Assembly (NCBI GenBank): GCA_037440225.1
Contig: JBBIUN010000008.1
Span: 51,225 to 115,224, forward strand
DNA length: 64,000 nt
Origin: Gemmatimonadota bacterium
Lineage (GTDB): Bacteria > Gemmatimonadota > Gemmatimonadetes > Gemmatimonadales > GWC2-71-9
Direction of reading: 5' to 3'
The notes beneath the pieces were generated by a model that saw only the letters and a program-made list of their open reading frames with translations, was not told the origin of the DNA and did no database searches. Positions 56,143 to 64,000 of the stretch are shown one piece after another; the first letter of the stretch is position 1; each line of letters opens with the position of its first letter. The position numbers and the translations under genes were made by a program.

Positions 56143-58173
56143 ATGCGGCGTGGGCTCTGGGTGCTGGTTCTCAGTCTCTCCCCCGCGGCGCTGGCCGCTC
56201 AGGCGTGGAACGATCCCGCCACCCTGGCGCTCCTCGCCCGCGCCGCGGGCCGGCGCGCGAGTGCGCTGGCCGAAGGACTCCGGGACTTCGAGGCGCGGGC
56301 GCACGGTTTGGTATTCTTCCTCGGGCAGTTGGGTGAGGGGCTCGAGGCACCACCCAAGTTGATCAAGGCCGACCAGCTGGCGCTGGAAGTTTACTGGCAG
56401 GCTCCGGGCCGCAGCAAGCAGCGCATCGTGGGCTGGCGCGACCGCATGGACCTGCCAGCCGACATCCAGTATCACCGCGACCACTTGGGCATCGTGATGA
56501 ACGGGTTCGGGGACCGCATCCGGCTGGGCGACGGCGACGAGGTGCAGGACGTGCCGCACCCCTTGGCCCCGGGCGCGGCTGAGTGGTACGACTACGCGCT
56601 CTCCGACTCGCTGATCATCGCGCTGCCCGAGCGGCGGGTGCGCGTCTACGAGGTCGAGGTCCGCCCCAAGGACCCGGCGGCGGCCCGCCTGGTGGGCCTG
56701 CTCTATCTCGATGCCGAGCAGGGCGATCTGGTGCGCATGCGGTTCCAGTTCACCCGCGCCGCCTACCGGGACGCGAGCCTGGAGGACATCACCGTGATGC
56801 TGGACAACGGGCTGTGGGAGGGCCGCTACTGGCTGCCGCGGCAGCAGGAGATCGAGATCCGGCGGCACACCACCTGGCTCGACTTGCCGGCCCGCGGCAT
56901 CATCCGGGCCCGGTGGGAGATCGGCGACTACCGCTTCAACCTGGGCTTGGACCCCAGCTTGTTCGCCGGTCCCGAGATCGTGGCGGCGCCTGCCGCAGAG
57001 CGGGCGCGCTATCCCTGGAGCGAGCCGCTGGACGCCGCGGTGACCCGCAGCGCGGGGCAGGATGTGCTCGACCTGGGCTCGGTGCGCAGGGCGGTGAGCG
57101 CCTTGGCCTCGCGCCGGCTGCTCTCGGGAAGGCCCGCGGCAGGCGTCGGTGCCGGCTCGCTCAGCGAGCTGGTACACGTCAACCGGGTGGAAGGGTTGGC
57201 CTTGGGGCTGGGGACGGTGGTGCGGCCTGGCGGCGGGGTGCTGGAGGCCCGCCTCTCGGGCTCCTTCGGTACCAGCGACCGCCGGTTCAAAGCGAGGCTC
57301 CAGGTGCGGCGCCGGGCGAGCTGGGGCGACGTCACGCTCGAGGCGGGCCGCGAGGTGCGGGACGTGGCGGACGAGCCGCTCATCGCGCCGATACTCAACT
57401 CCCTGGCGGCCCAAGAGCTGGGCAGGGATTACGGCGATTACGTGCTGCGGGATGGCGCAAGCCTGAGACTGAGGAAGCCTGGGCCGCGTTGGGCGTGGGA
57501 GGTCGCCCTGGGCGCCGAACGATCGCAGAGCGTCGCGGTGCGCGCCTCTCCCGTGACCGGCAGCTACCGGGTCAATCCGCCGCTGGGCGCGGGCGCCTAT
57601 CGGCTGCTCCGGGTTTCCCTCCGGCGGGTGGCCCAAGCCCTGCCGCAAGCATTTGAGACCAGGACCCGCCTCGACCTCGAGGCGGGCTCGGGTGACAGCA
57701 CCGGCTACGTGCGCCTCCTGGGAGCAGGCGGTTTCGAGGCGGCCGCAGGGGGCACCCGGCTTCACGTGCTGGCCTGGGCCGGGTGGGCGTCGCAGGAGGT
57801 GCGGCGGGATCGCGCCCTCCTGTGGGGTGGGCGGGGCGCAGTGGGCTGCGCCGGCGGCCTCCGCTGCGCCGGCCGGTACGGAGCGGGCGGGGGCCTCGAG
57901 TGGCGGGTTTCGGCTCCGGTCCCGGAACTTTCGCTCGGCGCCTTCGTCTCGACCGGGAGGCGCGCGATGGTCGCCCCCTTCGTCCGGGCGGCCTGGCTGG
58001 AGGGAGCGGTGCCGGGATCTCCCTGGAGCGGCACGGATGGGGTGCGCCCGGTGGCCGGCCTGGGGCTCGAGTGGCCGCATCAGTTGTTGCGGGTGGAAGT
58101 GGGCCTCGACCTGAGGACTGGGCAGCGGGCGGTCACGGTGGACTTGAACCGCAGCCTCTGGCCCCTGCTGTGA
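56143..58173 (+). CDS. outer-membrane protein: N-terminal periplasmic domain plus Omp85/surface-antigen-like C-terminal barrel
   Basis: Signal peptide 'LWVLVLSLSPAALAAQA'. The middle region has 'NRVEGLALGLG'. The C-terminus 'GLGLEW....LRVEVG.DL' resembles D15/Omp85-type barrels. The long minus-strand track ORF across it is antisense. Confidence 0.6.
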   Translation: MRRGLWVLVLSLSPAALAAQAWNDPATLALLARAAGRRASALAEGLRDFEARAHGLVFFLGQLGEGLEAPPKLIKADQLALEVYWQAPGRSKQRIVGWRDRMDLPADIQYHRDHLGIVMNGFGDRIRLGDGDEVQDVPHPLAPGAAEWYDYALSDSLIIALPERRVRVYEVEVRPKDPAAARLVGLLYLDAEQGDLVRMRFQFTRAAYRDASLEDITVMLDNGLWEGRYWLPRQQEIEIRRHTTWLDLPARGIIRARWEIGDYRFNLGLDPSLFAGPEIVAAPAAERARYPWSEPLDAAVTRSAGQDVLDLGSVRRAVSALASRRLLSGRPAAGVGAGSLSELVHVNRVEGLALGLGTVVRPGGGVLEARLSGSFGTSDRRFKARLQVRRRASWGDVTLEAGREVRDVADEPLIAPILNSLAAQELGRDYGDYVLRDGASLRLRKPGPRWAWEVALGAERSQSVAVRASPVTGSYRVNPPLGAGAYRLLRVSLRRVAQALPQAFETRTRLDLEAGSGDSTGYVRLLGAGGFEAAAGGTRLHVLAWAGWASQEVRRDRALLWGGRGAVGCAGGLRCAGRYGAGGGLEWRVSAPVPELSLGAFVSTGRRAMVAPFVRAAWLEGAVPGSPWSGTDGVRPVAGLGLEWPHQLLRVEVGLDLRTGQRAVTVDLNRSLWPLL

Positions 58174-58215
58174 TCCGGGACGAGCCAGGCCCGAAAGGGG
58201 CAGCCAGACTGCCTG

Positions 58216-60576
58216 ATGGCCAAGACCCCGGCCGGGTGGTGTCCCGCGCTGGCCGGCGGCGTTTGGCTCAATTGGGCACGTGGCTTATCTTCTTGTGGAG
58301 AGGGTCCCCTCGGTACCTCGTTTAAGGAGGTGCGTGTAGGCCGCTTCCAGGACGAATGGCTCAGCGCCACGGTCGAAGAACTCTTGGGGCGTGAGGCGCT
58401 GGAAGAACTCCGGAGCAGCGAAGCTGCCAAGGAGACGCTGTGGGAGACCGTGGTCTCGCAGGGCAAGGCCACCGACGAGCAGCTCCTCGGCAGCCTGGCC
58501 ACGCGGTTCCGCCTGAAGCTGGCGGACATCTCTCAGAGCGAGAAGCAAGCCCGGGAGCTGGTCTCCGAGGCGGTGGCTCGCAAGTACCACATCCTGCCGC
58601 TCCGGATCACGGATTCGTACCTGGAAATCGCCACGGCCAACCCCTTCGATCTGGACTGCGAGAAAACGCTGGCCTTTGCCACCGGGCGCGAAGTGCGGAT
58701 GCAGCTCGCCTCGCCCCGGAAGATTCAGGAGAAGATTGACGAGTTCTACCGGCCCGAGAACGTAATCGGCCAGCTCCTGGAGGGCATGGGGTCGGATGCG
58801 GAGGTGACGCAGCTCGAGGACCAGCCTGAACTGGACGAGATTGCCGTATCGGCGGAACAAGCGTCCCAGCGCCCCGTCGTCCGGCTGGTGGACTTGATTC
58901 TCTCCGAGGGCATTCTCTCGCGGGCCAGCGACATCCATGTGGAGCCGGAAGAGGGCGGCGTGGCGGTGCGGTACCGCATAGACGGGGTGCTGCGCCAGGT
59001 GATGAAGATCCCGCGAGCCGCCGGCCTCCCCTTGATTTCCCGGATGAAGATCATCTCCTCCTTGGATATCGCCGACCGGATGCGCCCGCAGGACGGCCGC
59101 GCGCGGGTGGCGGTGAACGGGGTTCCGGTGGACCTCCGGGTCTCCACCCTGCCGGCGCAGCTGGGCGAGAAGGTGGTCATCCGGATTCTCGACTCCAGCC
59201 GCACCGTCCTGTCGCTCGACTCGCTGGGCTTGAACCCCGAGGAGGCCGCGGCGATCAAGGCCCTGTTGGACAACCGGGATGGGATCATTCTGGTCACCGG
59301 TCCCACGGGCTCGGGCAAGACCACTACCTTGTATTCCGCCCTGCGGCATGTGCAGAGCGAGGGCGTCAACATTGTCACGGTGGAAGATCCCGTCGAGTAT
59401 CGCATCCAGGGCATCGTGCAGGTGCAGGTGAACGAGAAGGCGGGGCTCACCTTCGCGGCGGCCCTGCGCTCGATCTTGCGCCAGGATCCCGACGTGGTGC
59501 TGGTGGGCGAGATTCGCGACAAGGAGACCGCCCAGATCGCCGTGCAAGCCTCGCTCACCGGGCACCTGGTGCTTTCGACCTTGCACACCAACGATGCCCC
59601 CAACGCAGTGACCCGGCTCATTGACATCGGCATCGAAGGGTTCAAGATCGCTTCGGCGCTGCGCGGCGTGGTGGCCCAACGGCTCATGCGGCGGCTCTGT
59701 CCCACCTGCAAGGAAGTCTGGGTGGAGTCCATCCCTCCCAAACTGCAGCGCTGGATTCCCAAGGATACGCCGCTCTACCGGGCGGTGGGCTGCCCCGAAT
59801 GCGCCATGACCGGCTACCGGGGCCGGTTCTCGATCGTCGAAGTCCTGGCGGTGACGCCGGAGGTCGAGCGGCGGATCGGCCAGAGCGAGACGGCCGACCG
59901 GATCGCGGACGCGGCCCGGGCGGCCGGCATGAAGTCGCTGTGGGACAGCGGGCTGTCTCACGTGCTGCGAGGCGAGTCCACGGTTGACGAGCTGCTGCGG
60001 GTGGTGGACATGCCCCAGGACGACCTGGTGCCGTCAGCGGGGACGGCGGAGCGCGCCCCAGGCAAGCGCGCCTCGCCGCCGGGGATGGCGGCGGTCAAAG
60101 AGCGCGCCTCCGGGCCGCAGCCCTGGCCCGTCGTCGCGGATTTCGAGCTGCTGGACAAGCCCGAACATGCCGAGCGCCCACCGGTGCAAGCCAAGGTGCT
60201 GCTGGTAGACGACGAGGACATGCTCCGCAAGGTGATGAGGGACCTGCTCGAGCGCGAAGGCTACGTGGTCGTGGAAGCGCGCGACGGCATCGAGGCGCTG
60301 GACCAGGTGGACCGCCACGGTCCCGACATCGTGGTGCTGGATCTCAACCTCCCTGGGCTGGACGGCTACGGTGTGCTCTCCCACCTCAGGTCCCGACCCG
60401 CTACGCAGCACCTGCCGGTCGTGGTTCTCACGGCTCAAGGGGATGAAGAGAACGAGGTGCGGGTCTTCGAACACGGCGCGGATGACTTCTTGAGCAAACC
60501 CTTCCGGGCGCGGGCCTTGTCGGCACGACTGGCCGCCGTCCTGGGGCGGGCCCGGGGCCGTCAGGCAAGGGTCTAG
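58216..60576 (+). CDS. GspE/PilB-family secretion ATPase fused to a C-terminal response-regulator receiver domain
   Basis: T2SSE_N-like N-domain. Walker A 'GPTGSGKTTT', Asp box 'VTVEDPVEY', Walker B 'PDVVLVGEIRD', His box 'GHLVLSTLHTN', tetracysteine 'CPTC...CPEC'. REC (nt 60193-60540): 'LLVDDED', 'VVLDLNLPGLDG', 'VVVLTA', 'SKPF'. Start uncertain (ATG 58216 or GTG 58330). Confidence 0.85.
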   Translation: MAKTPAGWCPALAGGVWLNWARGLSSCGEGPLGTSFKEVRVGRFQDEWLSATVEELLGREALEELRSSEAAKETLWETVVSQGKATDEQLLGSLATRFRLKLADISQSEKQARELVSEAVARKYHILPLRITDSYLEIATANPFDLDCEKTLAFATGREVRMQLASPRKIQEKIDEFYRPENVIGQLLEGMGSDAEVTQLEDQPELDEIAVSAEQASQRPVVRLVDLILSEGILSRASDIHVEPEEGGVAVRYRIDGVLRQVMKIPRAAGLPLISRMKIISSLDIADRMRPQDGRARVAVNGVPVDLRVSTLPAQLGEKVVIRILDSSRTVLSLDSLGLNPEEAAAIKALLDNRDGIILVTGPTGSGKTTTLYSALRHVQSEGVNIVTVEDPVEYRIQGIVQVQVNEKAGLTFAAALRSILRQDPDVVLVGEIRDKETAQIAVQASLTGHLVLSTLHTNDAPNAVTRLIDIGIEGFKIASALRGVVAQRLMRRLCPTCKEVWVESIPPKLQRWIPKDTPLYRAVGCPECAMTGYRGRFSIVEVLAVTPEVERRIGQSETADRIADAARAAGMKSLWDSGLSHVLRGESTVDELLRVVDMPQDDLVPSAGTAERAPGKRASPPGMAAVKERASGPQPWPVVADFELLDKPEHAERPPVQAKVLLVDDEDMLRKVMRDLLEREGYVVVEARDGIEALDQVDRHGPDIVVLDLNLPGLDGYGVLSHLRSRPATQHLPVVVLTAQGDEENEVRVFEHGADDFLSKPFRARALSARLAAVLGRARGRQARV

Positions 60577-62918
60577 CCGGACTGCCGGCCGAGGTGTCTC
60601 CCGTGACCCGTCTCCCCCGCCGCCGGGTCTTGCAGCAGTTCGGCGACCGCGGCTCGAAGCTGCCGCGCATTGACCGGCTTGCGCAGGTAGCGAAAGCCCA
60701 GCTCCTCGAGCCAACTCTCTGTCTCGGGACGCACGTCCGCCGGCATGAAGATGGTGCGCGCCCGGAGATCGGGCCGCTGGCGGGCCAGCGCGTCGCCGAA
60801 GACCTCGGTGGCTGAGACCGGCTCGCGCGGATCGGCGATCACCACGTCATAGGCGCCCCCCTCCAAGAGCTTGAGAGCGTGGGGGCCGTCCCGCGCGGGC
60901 TCCACCAGATGCCCATCGGCGGAAAACAGCGCGGTGATCATCCGCTGGACGGCGGGATCGCCGTCCAGCAAGAGCACCTGGAGGCCGGCCCTCGCCACGG
61001 GCCCGCGCGGCCCAGCCGGGTACGTGCCGGAGATCCGATCTCCCGGCCGCACCTCGGCGATCCCACCGGCCAGGGGGAGCTGGGCGATGAAGTGCGCCCC
61101 GCCTCCGGGGGCCCGCTCGACGCGCAGCGTCCCGCCGTGCCGCTCGATGATGCTGTACGAGATAGCCAGCCCGAGACCGGTTCCCTGGCCCGGTTCTTTG
61201 GTGGTGAAGAACGGGGTGAAGATCTGACTCACCAGTTCCTCCGGCACGCCGGGCCCGGTGTCCTCGACCTCGAGAAAAGCGCGGTCGGCTTGCGCCGCGG
61301 TCCGCACCGTGATCCGGCGGGGCCGCTCGGGAGGATTCTGGGCGACGGCCTGCACTGCATTGGTGAGCAAGTTGACCACCACCTGCTGGAGCTGCATCCG
61401 GTCGGCGCGCACAGTGACGGGCTCGGCCGACAGCTCGGAGCGCAGCTCCACCTGCTGCAGCCGCAGCTCGTACTCGAGCAGCAGGGCGGTTCGCCGCGCC
61501 ACGTCGGTCAGGTCTACCAGCGTGATCTCTGCCGGTCCCTGCCGGGCGAAGGTGAGCAGGTTGCGGACGATCCCGCTGGCCCGTTCGGCCTGCTCGTAGA
61601 TGATCTTGAGGTGTTCCTTGGTTCGGGGCGTCGGCTGAGGCTGCTCCAGCAACAATTCGGCCAAGCCCGCTATCGAGGTCAGCGGGTTGTTGAGTTCGTG
61701 GGCCACGCCGGAAACCAGTTGGCCCACCGCCGCCATCTTCTCGTGCTGGATCATCTGGGCTTCGAAGGCGCGCTGCTCGGTGACGTCCTCGATGAGGGCT
61801 ACGCTCCAGCCCGCCGACTCGGTCCCCTGCATGGGGGCGGCACTGATCCTGAGGATCCGGCGCAACCGCTCGGAGTGCTGGGTCAGCGGGGCCAGCCGCT
61901 CACCCCGGCCCACTGCCTGCAACAGACCTGCCAGGCTGCTCGCTCGCCCGAACAGCTCCTCGGCCAAGCCAGCGCCGATCACGGCGGGCAGCGGCCGTCC
62001 CAAAAGCTCCGCGAGCGCCCGGTTGGCCCGCCGGATGCGGCCCTCCCCGTCCACTACGGCGATGCCGTCCGCCAGGGCGTCGAAGGTGCTTTCCCACTGC
62101 ACCTTGCCCAGACGGACTAAGTCGAACAGTCGCGCATTGGTCAGCACCGCGGCCGCATGGGCGGCCACCGTGGAGAGCAGCCGCAGGTGATCCGGCCCGA
62201 AGGCCTTCGCGGGATCCGCCGCGACGATGGCGCCCGCAGCGGCACCGCGGGCCCGAAGCGGCGCGATGGCGGCCCGGCGAACGTCGAGCCCGGGCCATAG
62301 CGCAGCTGCCGCAGCCGGCTCCACGACCTCGAGCTTCTGCTGGTTGATCGCGAACGCGATGAGACCCGCTTCCGCTTCCTGCACCTCCTGGCCGGCCAGT
62401 GGTGCGAGACTCCCCTCGGCGCCGGCCACGCGGAGCCGGTCGCCGGTTTCCTCCCGGAGCACGACCATCGCCCCGGTCGCGTCGGAGAACCGCACCAGAT
62501 AGCGGGCGATCTGCTCCGCGATCCGCTCGGGATCCAGTGACTCCGAGAGCAGATAGGTAATCTCCTGCAGCAAGAACAGCTCGCGGAGCCGCCCGGCCAG
62601 TTCCGCCTTGGCGCGGGCCAACTCGGCGGCCGCGTGCGCCCGGGACCAGCGGGAGCCGGCCCAGTAGGCGCCAACCCCCGCCAGGGCGGCGATCAAAAGC
62701 ACCAGAGCAGGACTCAGGTTCACGGGCACAAGATGCGCTACGGGATGGGTTGCCGGAAGCAGGGCGAGCTGCTGTTCGCTTTTCTCCGACTGACTCGATG
62801 AGTCGTCTGCTAAGGGAGGCGTTGCGAGAAGCAGGGCCCGCGCCGGCAGGCTGATGAGCCGCAGCGGATGGTAACGAGACCGCTTGACCCAAACAAACGG
62901 GATAGCTACATTCGGCAT
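60573..62918 (-). CDS. membrane sensor histidine kinase (GAF-PAS-HisKA-HATPase) with divergent C-terminal receiver-like domain
   Basis: One TM helix, then a GAF-like region and a PAS domain ('WESTFDALADGIAVVD'). H-box 'SGVAHELNNPLTSI', N-box 'VVNLLTNA', G-boxes 'EDTGPGV' and 'GTGLGL'. C-terminal 'VLLLDGD...DVVIAD...LRKP'. Start uncertain (ATG 62918, or GTG near 62728). Confidence 0.85.
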   Translation of the reverse strand: MPNVAIPFVWVKRSRYHPLRLISLPARALLLATPPLADDSSSQSEKSEQQLALLPATHPVAHLVPVNLSPALVLLIAALAGVGAYWAGSRWSRAHAAAELARAKAELAGRLRELFLLQEITYLLSESLDPERIAEQIARYLVRFSDATGAMVVLREETGDRLRVAGAEGSLAPLAGQEVQEAEAGLIAFAINQQKLEVVEPAAAAALWPGLDVRRAAIAPLRARGAAAGAIVAADPAKAFGPDHLRLLSTVAAHAAAVLTNARLFDLVRLGKVQWESTFDALADGIAVVDGEGRIRRANRALAELLGRPLPAVIGAGLAEELFGRASSLAGLLQAVGRGERLAPLTQHSERLRRILRISAAPMQGTESAGWSVALIEDVTEQRAFEAQMIQHEKMAAVGQLVSGVAHELNNPLTSIAGLAELLLEQPQPTPRTKEHLKIIYEQAERASGIVRNLLTFARQGPAEITLVDLTDVARRTALLLEYELRLQQVELRSELSAEPVTVRADRMQLQQVVVNLLTNAVQAVAQNPPERPRRITVRTAAQADRAFLEVEDTGPGVPEELVSQIFTPFFTTKEPGQGTGLGLAISYSIIERHGGTLRVERAPGGGAHFIAQLPLAGGIAEVRPGDRISGTYPAGPRGPVARAGLQVLLLDGDPAVQRMITALFSADGHLVEPARDGPHALKLLEGGAYDVVIADPREPVSATEVFGDALARQRPDLRARTIFMPADVRPETESWLEELGFRYLRKPVNARQLRAAVAELLQDPAAGETGHGRHLGRQSG

Positions 62919-62993
62919 CCTGGTAGTTGCGACTGAGTCTCAATTGCAAGATGATCTCAACGTCAAATTCTAACCTGTGAGGGGTAAGGTCAC

Positions 62994-64000
62994 ATGCGGC
63001 GGTATTGGGTGGCAGGCATCGCGCTGGCAGGGGCGGCGCTCTTTCCCGCAGGCGCGCTGGCGCAGGCTAAGGACACGACCGAGCTGGCGCGCCTCAAGGC
63101 TCAGATCGAAGCCATCACGCTCGAGCTGGAAGCGCTCAAGTTGGGGCGCGAGGTGGTGGCGCGGGCTGACACGGCGCAGTTCGGGTTTGGGCCGGCGGCG
63201 TCGAAGGTCTATCGGGCCGCCGAGGGCGTCTCGATCGGCGGCTATGGGGAATTTGCCTACCGGCATGACGCCGGCCGGCGGCAGGATGGCCGTCCCTCGA
63301 CGGGCGAGGATCAACTGGATGCCTTGCGGGGCATCGTGTACGTGGGCTACAAGTTCGCCCCTGGCCTGCTTTTCAACTCGGAGATCGAGTTCGAGCACGC
63401 CAGCACCGAGCGCGCCGGGGCGGTCTCCCTGGAATTCGGCTACGTGGAATACGGCTGGACGCCGCATATCGGCATACGAGCCGGGCTGCTGCTCGCTCCC
63501 TTGGGGTTTATCAACGAGCAGCATGAGCCGCCCATCTTCTTGGGCACCACGCGACCCGAGACCGAGCGGTTCATCGTTCCCTCGACCTGGGCCGAGAACG
63601 GCGTGGGGGTGTTCGGGCAAGCCGGCCGGTTCTCGTATCGGGCCTATTTGCTCAACGGTTTCGACGCGGTGGGAGGGCGCAACGGCGAGGGGGAGGGATT
63701 CAGTGCGTCCGAGGGGTTGCGCGGGGGGAGGCAGGGAGGCTCGGAGGCGCTGGCCGAAACCTTTGGGCTCGCCGGGCGCGTCGAGTACGCGATGCCCGCC
63801 GGACTGAGCCTGGGGATGTCCGGCTACCTGGGCGGGGCGGGCCAGGCGCAACCCTTCGCTGCCCGCACGGTCATTGGGGAAGCCCACATCCAGTATCGTG
63901 CCCGCGGCTTCGATCTCCGGGGCCTGGCCGCCCTGGCTTCCGTGGGGGATGCTGCCCGGATCAACGCGGCCAAGGGTCTTTCCGGTAACGAGTCGGTTGG
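62994..64000 (+). CDS. porin-like outer-membrane beta-barrel protein, 3' end outside window
   Basis: Not in the supplied track; I translated it by hand. ATG 62994 follows GAGGGGTAAGG. Signal peptide 'IALAGAALFPAGALAQA', coiled coil 'ELARLKAQIEAITLELEALKL', then 'GGYGEFAY', 'VYVGYKF', 'EIEFEH', 'LEFGYVEY' amphipathic strands. Open to nt 64000. Confidence 0.65.
   Translation, partial: MRRYWVAGIALAGAALFPAGALAQAKDTTELARLKAQIEAITLELEALKLGREVVARADTAQFGFGPAASKVYRAAEGVSIGGYGEFAYRHDAGRRQDGRPSTGEDQLDALRGIVYVGYKFAPGLLFNSEIEFEHASTERAGAVSLEFGYVEYGWTPHIGIRAGLLLAPLGFINEQHEPPIFLGTTRPETERFIVPSTWAENGVGVFGQAGRFSYRAYLLNGFDAVGGRNGEGEGFSASEGLRGGRQGGSEALAETFGLAGRVEYAMPAGLSLGMSGYLGGAGQAQPFAARTVIGEAHIQYRARGFDLRGLAALASVGDAARINAAKGLSGNESV

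Noticed and set aside
58330-58700. MshEN-type c-di-GMP-binding motif in the N-terminal domain of the GspE-REC protein.
   Set aside because: The best candidate segment, 'TLWETVVSQGKATDEQLLGSLATRF', lacks the R-L-G start and the paired hydrophobic positions of the RLGxx(L/V/I)(L/V/I)xxG(L/V/I)(L/V/I)xxxxLxxxLxxQ consensus. No binding can be claimed.
62977-63807. 276-aa plus-strand ORF ('MRGKVTCGGIGWQ...') and the minus-strand ORF at 62970-63887.
   Set aside because: Both are Arg/Gly/Pro-rich and overlap the better-supported porin-like frame starting at 62994, which has a signal peptide and beta-barrel strand periodicity.

Overview
Dense, very GC-rich bacterial chromosomal segment (about 70% GC by eye, third codon positions mostly G/C). 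I count about 63 protein-coding genes and very little non-coding DNA. I could not support any rRNA, tRNA, CRISPR array, transposase, integrase or prophage.

Many long ORFs in the supplied track are antisense or out-of-frame artefacts of the GC content, or chimeras that run an upstream frame into a real gene. I re-set starts from family N-termini, Shine-Dalgarno-like GGAGG boxes and 4-nt start/stop overlaps.

Gene content, left to right:
- Icd/LeuB-family fragment, metallophosphoesterase and SprT-like gene
- gcdH, then a CDGSH-etfB-etfA-ETF:quinone oxidoreductase operon
- minus-strand molybdenum cofactor block: beta-barrel protein, TupB/TupC-like ABC transporter, fdhD, mobA, mobB, moeA
- guaB, nrnA-like gene, apbC, DUF62 SAM hydrolase
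- ECF sigma / anti-sigma / membrane protein / toastrack cluster
- late menaquinone-type operon: ubiE, UbiD-like, UbiA-like, ubiX, YfcE-like phosphoesterase, rhodanese
- peptidases, then ribosomal protein Thx
- TetR-TolC-MFP-RND efflux operon
- tightly coupled minus-strand operon: M48 peptidase, purD, mutM, ATP-grasp ligase, four-zinc-ribbon HExxH protein, Cho-like GIY-YIG nuclease
- metB/C-type enzyme, REC-HD-GYP regulator, glmM-glmS, dtd, maf
- FHA-GAF-cyclase, trpE plus a lipoprotein
- Omp85-like outer-membrane protein followed by a GspE/PilB-type ATPase with a C-terminal receiver domain, a convergent hybrid histidine kinase, and a porin-like ORF that runs off the 3' end (absent from the track)

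The two most interesting candidates for undescribed biology are (1) the ATP-grasp + multi-zinc-ribbon metallopeptidase-like pair between mutM and a Cho-like nuclease, and (2) the orphan Omp85-like / GspE-REC module with its neighbouring kinase.

Thx, a 'TASHNPAEWNALKF'-type GlmM and the high GC fit a Gemmatimonadota-like or other FCB-group lineage. That placement is inference only. All family assignments come from motif recognition by eye; no searches were run.
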